In this document: positions 63,811 to 64,000 of the stretch, in pieces | Numbering within the stretch: position 1 is the first letter of the stretch | How the letters are laid out: every line of letters begins with the position of its first letter | DNA from: an uncultured virus (IMG/VR IMGVR_UViG_3300033153_007854) | Taxonomy: Duplodnaviria; Heunggongvirae; Uroviricota; Caudoviricetes | Direction: 5' to 3' (one strand) | Length of the DNA: 64,000 nucleotides | Virus record (IMG/VR): IMGVR_UViG_3300033153_007854 | Position numbers and translations under genes: made by a program | Notes under the pieces: generated by a model | Told to the model about the DNA's origin: nothing | Seen by the model: only the letters and a program-made list of their open reading frames with translations | Databases searched by the model: none

Positions 63811-63832
63811 TATATATAGATTTGTAATCAAA
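63811..63832 (-). promoter_or_regulatory. Class II conserved promoter (TTTGATTACAAATCTATATATA)
   Basis: About 25 nt upstream of ATG 63786. Confidence 0.75.
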
Positions 63833-63837
63833 TTTGA

Positions 63838-63868
63838 AATTAAAGAAAGAAATAATAAAAAAGGAAAA
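63838..63868 (-). terminator. U-rich terminator-like tract
   Basis: TTTTCCTTTTTTATTATTTCTTTCTTT downstream of the partial gene. Confidence 0.55.
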
Positions 63869-63892
63869 TGGTTATTACGGGGGGTTCGAAGT

Positions 63893-64000
63893 CTAGTTAC
63901 AGTAATCCCGAACGTTCTCCTGCGCCTTCATCATCACCCATAGCGAGTAGATGATGAAGATGACACCGAGAGCGAGGATTATCCAGCCCACCCAGAAGAA
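63893..64000 (-). CDS. 3' end of a membrane protein (partial)
   Basis: FFWVGWIILALGVIFIIYSLWVMMKAQENVRDYCN*. Confidence 0.6.
   Translation of the reverse strand, partial: FFWVGWIILALGVIFIIYSLWVMMKAQENVRDYCN

Larger units (their letters stand above)
1..64000 (-). mobile_element. Segment of a large archaeal virus or extrachromosomal element
   Basis: Unidirectional, tightly packed, mostly orphan genes; stand-alone MCM; virus-typical families (Gp37Gp68, DUF262, SWIM-HTH, ART); an element-specific repeated promoter; no housekeeping genes in 64 kb. No capsid, terminase or integrase recognised, so the element type is inferred. Confidence 0.75.

Noticed and set aside
6042..63832. Dispersed 22-bp repeat as CRISPR repeats or transposon ends
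   Set aside because: The copies are irregularly spaced, all in one orientation, contain a TATA box and sit at a consistent distance from start codons.

Overview
A gene-dense 64 kb segment in which almost every credible gene lies on the minus strand. It uses archaeal signals (GGTGA/GGAGG ribosome-binding sites, TATA boxes, an archaeal MCM, a PEF-CTERM sorting signal). I see no housekeeping genes, tRNA/rRNA or CRISPR array, and no recognisable capsid, portal, terminase or integrase. It reads best as part of a large archaeal virus or extrachromosomal element; a Thermoplasmatota-like host is my inference from the style of the surface proteins. There are three blocks. (1) 0.1-9.4 kb: a phosphatase operon (Cys-dependent PTP and MDP-1-like HAD), a paralogue pair, a very basic protein and small membrane proteins. 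(2) 9.4-31.5 kb: small 'early-like' genes behind ordinary BRE-TATA promoters (SWIM-HTH, radical SAM, Mrp-type ATPase next to DUF262, AbrB, Gp37Gp68, PD-(D/E)xK nuclease, HExxH peptidase, RelA/SpoT-type HD hydrolase, NrdD-like fragment with glutaredoxin, MCM, thioredoxin). (3) 32-64 kb: a large cluster of secreted and membrane-anchored surface proteins, a clostripain protease, a CGHC thioredoxin and an ADP-ribosyltransferase. The main unexplained structure is as follows. A 22-bp promoter, ATTGATTACAAACGTATATATA, occurs 12 times, and in six copies it also supplies the upstream gene's stop codon. One copy appears to drive a small structured RNA. Four secreted proteins share a C-terminal module. 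Conserved non-CxxC cysteine pairs recur in predicted cytoplasmic proteins. All family assignments are from motif recognition by eye, not database searches.
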